Origin: an uncultured Clostridia bacterium | GTDB lineage: Bacteria; Bacillota; Clostridia; Christensenellales; UBA1242 | Direction of reading: 5' to 3' | DNA length: 64,000 nt | Assembly: GCA_947053595.1 (NCBI GenBank) | Contig: CAMRSX010000003.1 | Span: 15,596-79,595 of the forward strand | Shown: one piece after another, positions 8,845-17,423 of the stretch | Layout of the letters: the number at the start of each line of letters is the position of its first letter | Position numbering within the stretch: position 1 is the first letter of the stretch | The notes under the pieces: model-generated | The model's database searches: none | What the model was told of the DNA's origin: nothing | Seen by the model: the letters and a program-made list of their open reading frames with translations, nothing else | Program-made: the position numbers and the translations under genes

Positions 8845-9756
8845 ATGGAATTTATAAAAAGCTTTATAAAAAATGTCAAACGGCTTGGCGTTAATGTTGA
8901 TAGCATTGTTGTTGAGCAAAATGGCAAAGTTGAAGAAAAAGTGTTTAATGACATCAAACTGCATGAAATTCGTTCTTGTGGCAAAGTTTTGATTGCAATG
9001 GCATATGGCATTGCAATGGATGACAAAATGATTTGCAAGCGGGGGGGGCAATTAGGCCTTAATGAAAGGGTTTATCCCACTTTTGAAAGCTTGGTTGCTT
9101 CTCTGCCTGAAGAAGCAAAAAATTGGACAGTCAAAACGCTTCTCACCCACTCCACTGGCTATGAAAAAATGATGTTGAAGGCTTCGCAAGTTGAAAGTCT
9201 GGACAAGTTAAAGTTGCTGGATATTTTCTTTGAAACACCAATCAAGTTTGAAACAAACACTCATTTCACTTACAACAATTTTGAGCCATATTTGTTGTCC
9301 GTTTTCTTTAAAGAGAATTTTGATGTGGACATCTCTGACTTCATCTTCGAGAGGATTTTTAAGCCACTTGAGATAAAAAATTATATTTGGAAAAAATATG
9401 GAAAATATTGCGCTGCTGCAACAGGATTGTATTTAAACTATAAGGATTTTCACAAAATTGGCAAGTTGCTTCTAGATTTTGGCAAATATAACGGCAGACG
9501 AGTTGTTTCTGAAAGTTGGATTAAAGAAATGACAAAGCCTCAAATTGCTTGTCCAGATTATTATAAACCGGAGCGCCTTTTGCCAAAGCTTGGCGCAGGA
9601 TATTTTACATGGATTTCAAGGGATGAAATTGTCTTTCGAGACGGAGCGGATGGACAGTTTTTGATTTGTGATTACAAAAAGAATAGGCTAATCTCAATCT
9701 TAAGCACGCAAAAAGAAATGAGTTCGGTGATGGAATGTTTAAAAGGAGTAATTTAA
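8845..9756 (+). CDS. Serine hydrolase of the beta-lactamase/esterase family
   Basis: 303 aa with a candidate SxxK (RSCGKVL). Visibly AT-richer than its neighbours. Contains an in-frame G8 tract. Confidence 0.5.
   Translation: MEFIKSFIKNVKRLGVNVDSIVVEQNGKVEEKVFNDIKLHEIRSCGKVLIAMAYGIAMDDKMICKRGGQLGLNERVYPTFESLVASLPEEAKNWTVKTLLTHSTGYEKMMLKASQVESLDKLKLLDIFFETPIKFETNTHFTYNNFEPYLLSVFFKENFDVDISDFIFERIFKPLEIKNYIWKKYGKYCAAATGLYLNYKDFHKIGKLLLDFGKYNGRRVVSESWIKEMTKPQIACPDYYKPERLLPKLGAGYFTWISRDEIVFRDGADGQFLICDYKKNRLISILSTQKEMSSVMECLKGVI
9041..9048 (+). repeat. G8 homopolymer tract inside a CDS (encodes RGG)
   Basis: The sequence gcaagcGGGGGGGGcaat was read directly. Confidence 0.95.
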
Positions 9757-9757
9757 T

Positions 9758-10294
9758 ATGAAGCAAAAAGTGTTGGTTTTGGCATATCCAGGTGCGGGGA
9801 AAACTTATCTGGCAGAAAATTTTAAAAATGTAAGTGATTTGGAGTTTCAGCATTATCGCTGGGATTATGGCGAACATAAAAACCTGCCACTTGAGCAGCT
9901 TAAAGGCTGTGAAAAAAAGTCAGTCAAACCCGAATGGCCTGACAACTTTTTTAAATATTTGGAAGAAGTCACACAAAAAAGCGAAATTACGCTAGTGCCG
10001 ATGGCAACTTCCTTGTTTCCGATTTTAGACCACCTGCATAAGGGGGGGGTGAGAATCATTTTTGCCATTCATGACAGAAACCTTCTTGAAGATGTGCTTA
10101 AAATTTACAAAAAAAGAGGCAATAAAGAGAAGTTTATTGAAGATAGAAGAAATGATTTCAACAAATTTCAGGATTTAACCGCTTCTTCAAAATTTGAAAA
10201 AGCCTACATTCATAAAGGGGAACACTTATATGATGCACTTGTCCGTTTGGGTGTAAAATTTAAGAGAGGAAGTGGCTTTAAAAATTACTTTTAA
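9758..10294 (+). CDS. P-loop NTPase / kinase-like protein of unknown function
   Basis: Walker A motif YPGAGKTY near the N-terminus. The ATG lies 1 nt after the upstream TAA, indicating translational coupling. Contains an in-frame G8 tract. Confidence 0.55.
   Translation: MKQKVLVLAYPGAGKTYLAENFKNVSDLEFQHYRWDYGEHKNLPLEQLKGCEKKSVKPEWPDNFFKYLEEVTQKSEITLVPMATSLFPILDHLHKGGVRIIFAIHDRNLLEDVLKIYKKRGNKEKFIEDRRNDFNKFQDLTASSKFEKAYIHKGEHLYDALVRLGVKFKRGSGFKNYF
10042..10049 (+). repeat. G8 homopolymer tract inside a CDS (encodes KGG)
   Basis: The sequence cataaGGGGGGGGtgag was read directly. Confidence 0.95.
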
Positions 10295-10432
10295 AATAAA
10301 TTTTGATTTTATTGTTTAATAAAAAAAACATCTGAATTTCCTAAAAGTAACACTTCGCAAGAGAGTTGTAGAAAAGTCGCCAATTGTGGTGAAAATAAAA
10401 AAGAACATCTGGCTTGCAAATGTTCCTTTTTC

Positions 10433-10463
10433 TGGAGCGGGAAACGGGGATCGAACCCGCGAC
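10433..10463 (-). pseudogene. Truncated tRNA-Gly: 3' 31 nt only (T-arm, acceptor 3' strand, CCA)
   Basis: Identical to the 3' end of the intact tRNA-Gly at 10636-10666. Identity stops where a repeat module begins. Confidence 0.8.
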
Positions 10464-10469
10464 TGCGTC

Positions 10470-10534
10470 ACAACCTGCGCTTGTGCTCATTTTTGCCGCT
10501 GTGGGCAAAAAGTTTCGCTTTGTTGCTTGGTTGT
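10470..10534 (+). repeat. Structured repeat module F2, copy Y
   Basis: Outer stem acaacc/ggttgt and inner stem tttttgcc/ggcaaaaa. The unpaired segments tgcgcttgtgctca and gtttcgctttgttgctt match copy X at 60038-60110. Confidence 0.7.
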
Positions 10535-10635
10535 TCCTTCTTCCCAAAAATGGCAAGCATTTTTGTGAACCCTGTTGAAGGCTTCGGTCGCGAAAATAAA
10601 AAAGAACATCTGGCTTGCAAATGTTCTCTTTTTTG

Positions 10636-10710
10636 TGGAGCGGGAAACGGGGATCGAACCCGCGACCTCAGCCTTGGCAAGGCTGCGCTATACCACTAAG
10701 CCATTCCCGC
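10636..10710 (-). tRNA. tRNA-Gly (anticodon GCC)
   Basis: The reverse complement gcgggaatggcttagtggtatagcgcagccttGCCaaggctgaggtcgcgggttcgatccccgtttcccgctcca folds as a cloverleaf with an encoded CCA. A terminator hairpin lies downstream. Confidence 0.9.
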
Positions 10711-10917
10711 ATAACTAAATTTATGCTGTGCATTTCACTAATGCTCTAACATGATATCAGAATTTTTAAAAAAAAGCAAGCGTTTTTCAATATTTTCTTA
10801 AAAAAACATATTTTCTTTAAAATTCATATATCATATTGCAAGCATTTGCAGATAAAATCTTAAAATTGATTGACAAACAAAGCACTTGTGTGATATATTT
10901 GTTTTGTTCAAAAGTTT

Positions 10918-10992
10918 GGTACCATCGCCAAGTGGTAAGGCAAAGGTCTGCAAAACCTTTATTCCCCGGTTCAAATCCGGGTGGTACCTCCA
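10918..10992 (+). tRNA. tRNA-Cys (anticodon GCA)
   Basis: ggtaccatcgccaagtggtaaggcaaaggtctGCAaaacctttattccccggttcaaatccgggtggtacctcca. Acceptor pairing GGTACCA/TGGTACC. TTGACA-18-TATATT lies upstream at about 10870-10899. Confidence 0.9.
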
Positions 10993-11124
10993 AGCGTGTG
11001 AAACACGCTTTTTATATTAAATTAACAATGCAGGCATTGTTCCAACTTTTAAAAAAATATATTTAAAAAAGCTTTTAAATGGTTTTAAATATATTCCTTC
11101 AAAGGAGGGAGTTTGAGACGGGGA

Positions 11125-11184
11125 ACCAAAGTTTTAGCAGTTAGGCTTGCAATGCAAGGCGTGCCTGCGTTAAGAAACTCTGGT
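11125..11184 (-). repeat. Structured repeat module F3, copy Z, inverted relative to the copy at 60124-60186
   Basis: Hairpin accaaagtttt…aaactctggt with inner pairs gcag/ctgc and an apical stem gcttgc/gcaagg. Flank homology to the ftsK-rimO spacer extends to about 11092. Confidence 0.7.
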
Positions 11185-11202
11185 GCCTCACCAGAAATGC
11201 TG

Positions 11203-11238
<36 letters not shown>

Positions 11239-11269
11239 TTATGCGTCAAAGCCAAAAACAACTTAATAT

Positions 11270-11355
<86 letters not shown>

Positions 11356-11556
11356 ACTATGCTATACAAAAAGTCTTTTTTATAAGACATAAAACCATAC
11401 TGTATGCAGTGATGTTTGATCGATTTTGACACTGGATATAGGGTTAATAGAAAAGATAGGGTAAAAGATTTGAAAGAAATGGAGAAACTGTGTCTTTTCT
11501 AAAAATAATAAGAATTTGATTTTTTGATAAATATTCAAAATTTTGGCAGAAATCAA

Positions 11557-11590
11557 AAATCAAACTTTGATTTCGCGACAGACATTTTTG
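11557..11590. repeat. Left inverted repeat bracketing the aldo/keto reductase cassette
   Basis: AAATCAAAcTTTGATTTcgcgacagacattttt. Its reverse complement matches 12551-12582 with a few mismatches and one indel. Confidence 0.75.
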
Positions 11591-11603
11591 AATCTCAAGA
11601 AAA

Positions 11604-11638
11604 AATCAAAATAAATCAAAAATAATCAAAAAATCAAA
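11604..11638 (+). promoter_or_regulatory. Four phased AATCAAA direct repeats immediately upstream of the reductase RBS
   Basis: Copies at 11604, 11614, 11624 and 11632 (spacing 10, 10 and 8 nt), ending 3 nt before GAAGGAG. Confidence 0.4.
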
Positions 11639-11653
11639 ATTGAAGGAGTATAA

Positions 11654-12532
11654 ATGAAAACAAAAAGTGGTAATGAAGTATCTAAGATAGGAATTGGAAC
11701 TTGGACTATAAACAAGGCAAATGCAAAGCAAGAAATTGAGGCGTTAAAATTTTATACTTCGCAAGGAGTTAATTACATTGATGTCGTGCTTGCTTATGAT
11801 AATGGTGCAACACTTGATGTAATAGCCAAGTTTATGAGAAAAATAAAAAGAGAAGATATTTTTGTTAATGCTTTGATAACTCATGGTTGCACAAACGTTG
11901 AGGATGTTGAAAAACAAATAAAAGTTTATTTAAAAACATTAAAAACCGATTATTTGGATTGTGTGACTTTGCATAGTCCTGTTTGTTTAGGTTTTGATTT
12001 TAATGAGTATGTAAAAGAAATTTGGCGGTTGAAAGATAAATATAATATTTTAAATATTGGTTATAGTAATCTTTCGCCAGAGCAATTTGCTAAGGTAAAA
12101 ACAAAAACAGCATATTTTGAAGGTCTTTACAATCTTGAAAATAGAATAAATGAAGATAACGGCATTATTGCTGAATGTTTAAAAAGGAAAATACCTTTTT
12201 ATGCTTATCAACCTTTACGAAGAAACAGAACGGCAAAACAAAATTATAAAGAGCTTGTTTCACTTGCTGAGAAATATGGAAAAACACAAAATCAAATTCT
12301 TATAAATTGGATGATAAGCCATAAGAAGATTGGACTGCTTATTAAATCAAGTAACAAAGAACATATCAAAGAAAATTTGGAATCTCTCAATTTTACGATG
12401 ACAAAAGCAGAATATGCTTTGCTTGACAAATTGAGAAATCCAGAATTTGACAAAATTCCATTCAGTTATAAAAACGAAGAAGGTAAAATACGCATTGACC
12501 AAATTCCAAATCAACCTATTGGAAATTTGTAA
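11654..12532 (+). CDS. Aldo/keto reductase family oxidoreductase
   Basis: 292 aa. N-terminal GIGTW and overall AKR-like layout. Strong RBS GAAGGAG. Codon usage is clearly AT-richer than in flanking core genes. Confidence 0.7.
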   Translation: MKTKSGNEVSKIGIGTWTINKANAKQEIEALKFYTSQGVNYIDVVLAYDNGATLDVIAKFMRKIKREDIFVNALITHGCTNVEDVEKQIKVYLKTLKTDYLDCVTLHSPVCLGFDFNEYVKEIWRLKDKYNILNIGYSNLSPEQFAKVKTKTAYFEGLYNLENRINEDNGIIAECLKRKIPFYAYQPLRRNRTAKQNYKELVSLAEKYGKTQNQILINWMISHKKIGLLIKSSNKEHIKENLESLNFTMTKAEYALLDKLRNPEFDKIPFSYKNEEGKIRIDQIPNQPIGNL

Positions 12533-12550
12533 TTTTGATTTTCGCAAAAT

Positions 12551-12582
12551 CAAAATTTCGTCGCAAAATCAAAGTTTGATTT
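12551..12582. repeat. Right inverted repeat bracketing the reductase cassette
   Basis: caaaatttcgtcgcAAAATCAAAgTTTGATTT. The 17-mer palindrome is the exact reverse complement of the one at 11557-11573. Additional TCGCAAAATCAAA copies occur at about 12542 and 12623. Confidence 0.75.
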
Positions 12583-12705
12583 AATTTTTAATTTTTTTGA
12601 TTATTTAATCAAAAAATTGCCGTCGCAAAATCAAAACAACGAAATCAAAAAAAAAGACTTTGTTGTTAGTTGACACATAACAGGGGTATACGAACACCCA
12701 GATAG

Positions 12706-12736
12706 AGAAACCGAGTTTTCGGTTTCTTTTTCTTTT
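12706..12736 (+). terminator. Rho-independent terminator
   Basis: 8-bp stem agaaaccg/cggtttct, 6-nt loop, T-rich tail. Confidence 0.6.
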
Positions 12737-13341
12737 ACGCTGTTTTCGTCCGCGCCGCCGTTTCCGTCGGGGTAATCGGGGAATATCAAGTTCAAAATCA
12801 ACTCGCTTTTCTCCGCTTTCAAAAAGTTCTTGCACTTGTTGATAAGTAGGAATGTTGTGATCCTTCAAAATTCCATCTTGTTTAAAGAGCAACTTTTAAA
12901 AGGGGCTATTTATGTTAACAGGGAAGGACAGACATACCACAGCGCTGACACATTCTTATGTGAATATCCTCAATATTACGAGAGAATTTTTAGAGTCGGA
13001 GAATAATAAAACAACACATAATTTTATATCAAACTTTAAAAAATTCCTTTGCCATGATTCTAAGGCAGAACATAACAAATAAGAATTAATTTATTTAGGG
13101 CTGTGTTTTGTTATACAAGTGGCGTAGCTTTGCTCCATACGACCTCCCACCACCAGCACCAATGACAAAACTGCGCTATTGCTCAGTTTTGGAACAAGTT
13201 GAAAAGCTTTGCCTTTTCGCTTGTTTTCATTGTCGCACCAAGCGAAAAATGCACTTCGGCATTCTTCGTTGGCGATTTTGTGCGAACCTTTTTTATGAGA
13301 TTTATTTGTCAGGAGAATGGGTGAACAAAAGAGGGATTTAT

Positions 13342-13380
13342 AAAGTGCGCTCTGCTTTGTTGAGCGGGGCGCACTTTTTT
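13342..13380. terminator. Hairpin with flanking A and T runs (bidirectional terminator-like)
   Basis: 9-bp stem aaagtgcgc/gcgcacttt with T6 on the plus strand and a U-rich tail on the minus strand. Confidence 0.5.
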
Positions 13381-13402
13381 GATTGTTCAATTTTGGTTAT
13401 GC

Positions 13403-13510
13403 TTAAAAATTTTGACAGCAGCAACAGTGGTGACAAGGGCAACAACTGTAGCATGGGAAGAACTGAATTGTATAATAACCTTTGCCACTTTGTTCAAGAG
13501 GTATCATCAT
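13403..13510 (-). CDS. Candidate Cys-rich micro-ORF (35 aa, MMIPLEQSGKGYYTIQFFPCYSCCPCHHCCCCQNF)
   Basis: First ATG of the 70-aa TTG-started track ORF. AAGG lies 3-6 nt upstream. There are 8 Cys and 2 His in the last 17 residues. A hairpin lies 25 nt downstream. No homology is recognisable. Confidence 0.2.
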   Translation of the reverse strand: MMIPLEQSGKGYYTIQFFPCYSCCPCHHCCCCQNF

Positions 13511-13856
13511 TTGCCTTGACAAAATCTCAAATGAAAGCTTGTTGGTGTTTTCCGTGAAAGTGACACTTTTTGTTGCTGGGTTGTTTATGGCATATTTTAT
13601 TGTTGCGTGGTGCAAAATTGATGAAATTGTCTTTGTAGGGTATCAAGCTTTACTTTTGGCTTCTAAAAAAATTGTTTTTCTAATCTCATAATATGGAGTT
13701 TTGTTATAAATGTTGCAGTGAAACAAAGCAGATTTTGTGTGCTTTGATAAACAAAGTTTTCAATTTTCCGCTTTTGTTTTGAGGCTTTTGAGGTGTAACG
13801 GGATTTTTTGAAGTTTGCTTGATTTTGGGCGAGGGAAAGTGATAAAATGTTTTTGT

Positions 13857-15521
13857 ATGAAAAACGAGAAAGAAAAGATGTCGGTTTTTTGGGCGATAAG
13901 GCTGCTTTGGAGTGTGATGACACCACGGCAGAAGTTTTGCTGTATGCCGTTGTTTTTGGGGCTTATGGTAAGGTCTTTTGCCATGATTATGCCTGTGCAG
14001 TGTCTTGCGTTAATCATTGCAAAACTTGAGGGAAAAGCGGCTATCATCTTTGGAATTGCGCTGCCAGATGCTTGGAATGTGGGAATTGTTGCTGTGTTTT
14101 CGTTTTCTTTGATTTTTGCCTTTTGGGTGATTGGCGTGACTGCATATTATGTTTTGTGGACGGCAAGCGGAAAGCTTACTAATCAGCTGAATGACAAGGC
14201 GTTGGAGTGGACACTTTCGCCTCGCAAAAATTGTGACATTGGCATGACAAAGGGCGAGTTTTGTTATCTCATCAAAAGTGCCACAGACAATGTAAGCAAT
14301 TTTGTTGAAACGCTGTTCATTTCAATCATTCCGCCACTTGCAAGCTTTGTTTTGGCAATTATTTACATAGGGCTGATTGATTGGGTGGTTATGCTGATTG
14401 TGATTGTCGTGAGCGTGGCTTTGCTGATTTTTGCATTCACAAGGGTTACGCTGGAACGGAAGTTGATTGTCAACGAAGAAGTTTGCAGGGGAAGAATCAA
14501 CAATCTGTTTTTGAACAGTGTGACAAATTTGCCATTTTTGAGCTTGTTTAAGTGTCAGTTGTATGAAAAGAGCAGTTTGCAAGTGCACAACAATCGCTTT
14601 TATGCCAATCTAAAAAAACGCACTTATGTGCAGTGGTCTTATTGGTTTTTTATCTTTCTGTTTGAATATGGCTCAATGGCGCTTGGGGTGTTTGTTGCAA
14701 ATGCGCACGCAGCTTCGGGAGCGTTTTCCATCTCTTCGGCAGTTTTGCTTGTGGGCTACATCTTAAATGTTTATGACCCAATTGAAAGCTTGGGCTATAA
14801 CATTTCGGGCTTGCAGCAAAGCGCAATAAAAATCAATCGCATAAAGCTGGCGAAGCCGGACGAAAGCGCGCTGTTGCTTCCTCCAAAACAGAAAGTGGCT
14901 TTTGACAGCATTGAAAGAATTGACATTGTGGATTTTTGCTTGAGGCAAGGCTCTTTCAAGCTGGACAACATCAACCTAAGTTTCAAGAAGGGCGAAATGG
15001 TGGCGCTTGCTGGCAGCAGTGGCTCGGGCAAAACATCCATTGTTTCGGCGCTTTTGGGGCTGAGGGAATATAAAAGCGGGCGAATTTTGCTGAACAAACA
15101 GCTTGAGGTTGAATCTTTGTTTTTTGACGACGAGAAGGTTTCTTATGCTTTGCAGGAGATGCAGCTTTTTGATAAGACCATGCAAGAAAATATTTTCTAT
15201 CCAAATTTGACTGCAGACAAATTTTCGGCGCACATACTTAAAAGTATGGGGCTGGACAAGTTGATTGAGCGAAATCTGCAAACTGATGATGGGCTGGAGC
15301 AGAGGTTGTCTGGCGGCGAGAAAAAGCGCATCAATCTTGCTCGTGCCATGATTAAGAAGGCGCAGCTTTACGTGTTTGACGAGCCAACCAACGAACTTGA
15401 CGAGAAAAATGTTGAGGTGGTGATTGGGCTGTTGAAAAAACTGAAGAAAGATGCCATTGTGATTGCCGTTACGCACGATTCTCGGCTTTTGGAAAAATGC
15501 GATAAAGTTTTTTATTTCTAA
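13857..15521 (+). CDS. ABC transporter, fused permease and ATPase (exporter type)
   Basis: Six-TM N-terminal half. Walker A GSSGSGKTS, signature LSGGEKKR, Walker B YVFDEP. The start is uncertain (13857 or 13878). Confidence 0.8.
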   Translation: MKNEKEKMSVFWAIRLLWSVMTPRQKFCCMPLFLGLMVRSFAMIMPVQCLALIIAKLEGKAAIIFGIALPDAWNVGIVAVFSFSLIFAFWVIGVTAYYVLWTASGKLTNQLNDKALEWTLSPRKNCDIGMTKGEFCYLIKSATDNVSNFVETLFISIIPPLASFVLAIIYIGLIDWVVMLIVIVVSVALLIFAFTRVTLERKLIVNEEVCRGRINNLFLNSVTNLPFLSLFKCQLYEKSSLQVHNNRFYANLKKRTYVQWSYWFFIFLFEYGSMALGVFVANAHAASGAFSISSAVLLVGYILNVYDPIESLGYNISGLQQSAIKINRIKLAKPDESALLLPPKQKVAFDSIERIDIVDFCLRQGSFKLDNINLSFKKGEMVALAGSSGSGKTSIVSALLGLREYKSGRILLNKQLEVESLFFDDEKVSYALQEMQLFDKTMQENIFYPNLTADKFSAHILKSMGLDKLIERNLQTDDGLEQRLSGGEKKRINLARAMIKKAQLYVFDEPTNELDEKNVEVVIGLLKKLKKDAIVIAVTHDSRLLEKCDKVFYF

Positions 15522-15615
15522 AAAATTTGACAAATTTCTTGTGTTTTGCTATCATAATCAAAAATGTGCAACAGAAGACGGCAAAGTTTGAAAAGGCGCA
15601 AAAAGAGGAGAAATT

Positions 15616-16128
15616 ATGGAAAAAGAAAAAAAGGTGGAGGAAAACAAACAAATCATCAAAAGGGTGAAGGTGCCAACAGAGAAGTGGGCAACGGTTGTGG
15701 TGATTTTGTGCGGGCTTTTGGTGCTTGCGTTTTCGCTTTATATGTTTATTGCGAAAATCAGCGTGTTGATGGGAATTTTGGGAGCTGTGCTTGCTGCGTT
15801 GTTGCTGATTTTGTGTCCAATTTCCATGATTAAACAAATCAAATTGTCGGTGGCAACCAACACATATCCTGAGGATGCCATTGTTGTGGAAGAAAAAAGC
15901 TTTGACATTGTGACAGACAAGACAGAAACCTTTTATTTTGACCAACTTCAAACTGTCAGAGGCGCCAGATATGTTCGCTCGGGCGCGTATGTCAACAAAT
16001 TTTATTATTTTGGCACGCTGTTCTTGAAATTTAAGGATGGGCGAAAGATTCTGCTGAAGGGCATTGACAATGTTTCTGATGTTGTCAAACTGTTTAAAAA
16101 GAAAATGGCGGATGCAAAAGTGATGTAA
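15616..16128 (+). CDS. Hypothetical membrane protein with two TM helices and a small C-terminal soluble domain
   Basis: 170 aa. RBS AGAGGAG. TTGACA-17-TATCAT upstream at 15526-15554. Confidence 0.6.
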   Translation: MEKEKKVEENKQIIKRVKVPTEKWATVVVILCGLLVLAFSLYMFIAKISVLMGILGAVLAALLLILCPISMIKQIKLSVATNTYPEDAIVVEEKSFDIVTDKTETFYFDQLQTVRGARYVRSGAYVNKFYYFGTLFLKFKDGRKILLKGIDNVSDVVKLFKKKMADAKVM

Positions 16129-16133
16129 GAAAA

Positions 16134-16166
16134 GAAAAAAGGAGATTTTAACATCTCCTTTTTTTG
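16134..16166. terminator. Bidirectional rho-independent terminator
   Basis: Stem aggagat/atctcct flanked by an A-run and a T-run, between convergent genes. Confidence 0.75.
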
Positions 16167-16172
16167 ATGCAC

Positions 16173-17351
<1,179 letters not shown>

Positions 17352-17423
17352 ATATACTCCTTTTAAAATATGCCTATTTCATAATATGTGAAATTTGCAC
17401 CTTTTGTTAAGGAGGAGAGAGGC

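Larger units (their letters stand above)
10391..10666. repeat. Direct repeat pair of about 73-75 nt (10391-10463 and 10592-10666): terminator hairpin plus the 3' 31 nt of tRNA-Gly
   Basis: Both copies read gaaaataaaaaagaacatctggcttgcaaatgttc…tggagcgggaaacggggatcgaacccgcgac. Confidence 0.9.

Noticed and set aside
10341-10699. Track ORFs of 60-72 aa across the tRNA-Gly region, and similar ones at 10836-11066 and 11085-11432.
   Set aside because: They overlap tRNA genes, tRNA fragments or repeat modules and have no translation signals.
11604-12650. Possible CRISPR array or integron attC sites, suggested by the many short AATCAAA / TCGCAAAATCAAA repeats.
   Set aside because: The repeats are only 7-13 nt, irregularly spaced and AT-rich, with no unique spacers of constant length. 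No R''/R' (RYYYAAC/GTTRRRY) pair or integrase is present.
13108-13691. Plus-strand ORFs of 149 aa and 69 aa in the coding desert.
   Set aside because: They have no RBS, they read through a strong terminator hairpin, and their composition is atypical. They are treated as non-coding.
17352-17423. A sigma-K type promoter (AC-N16/17-CATAnnnTA) upstream of the collagen-like gene.
   Set aside because: A CATATTTTA match exists, but it is only about 4 nt from the RBS and the -35 spacing is off. The promoter cannot be supported from sequence alone.
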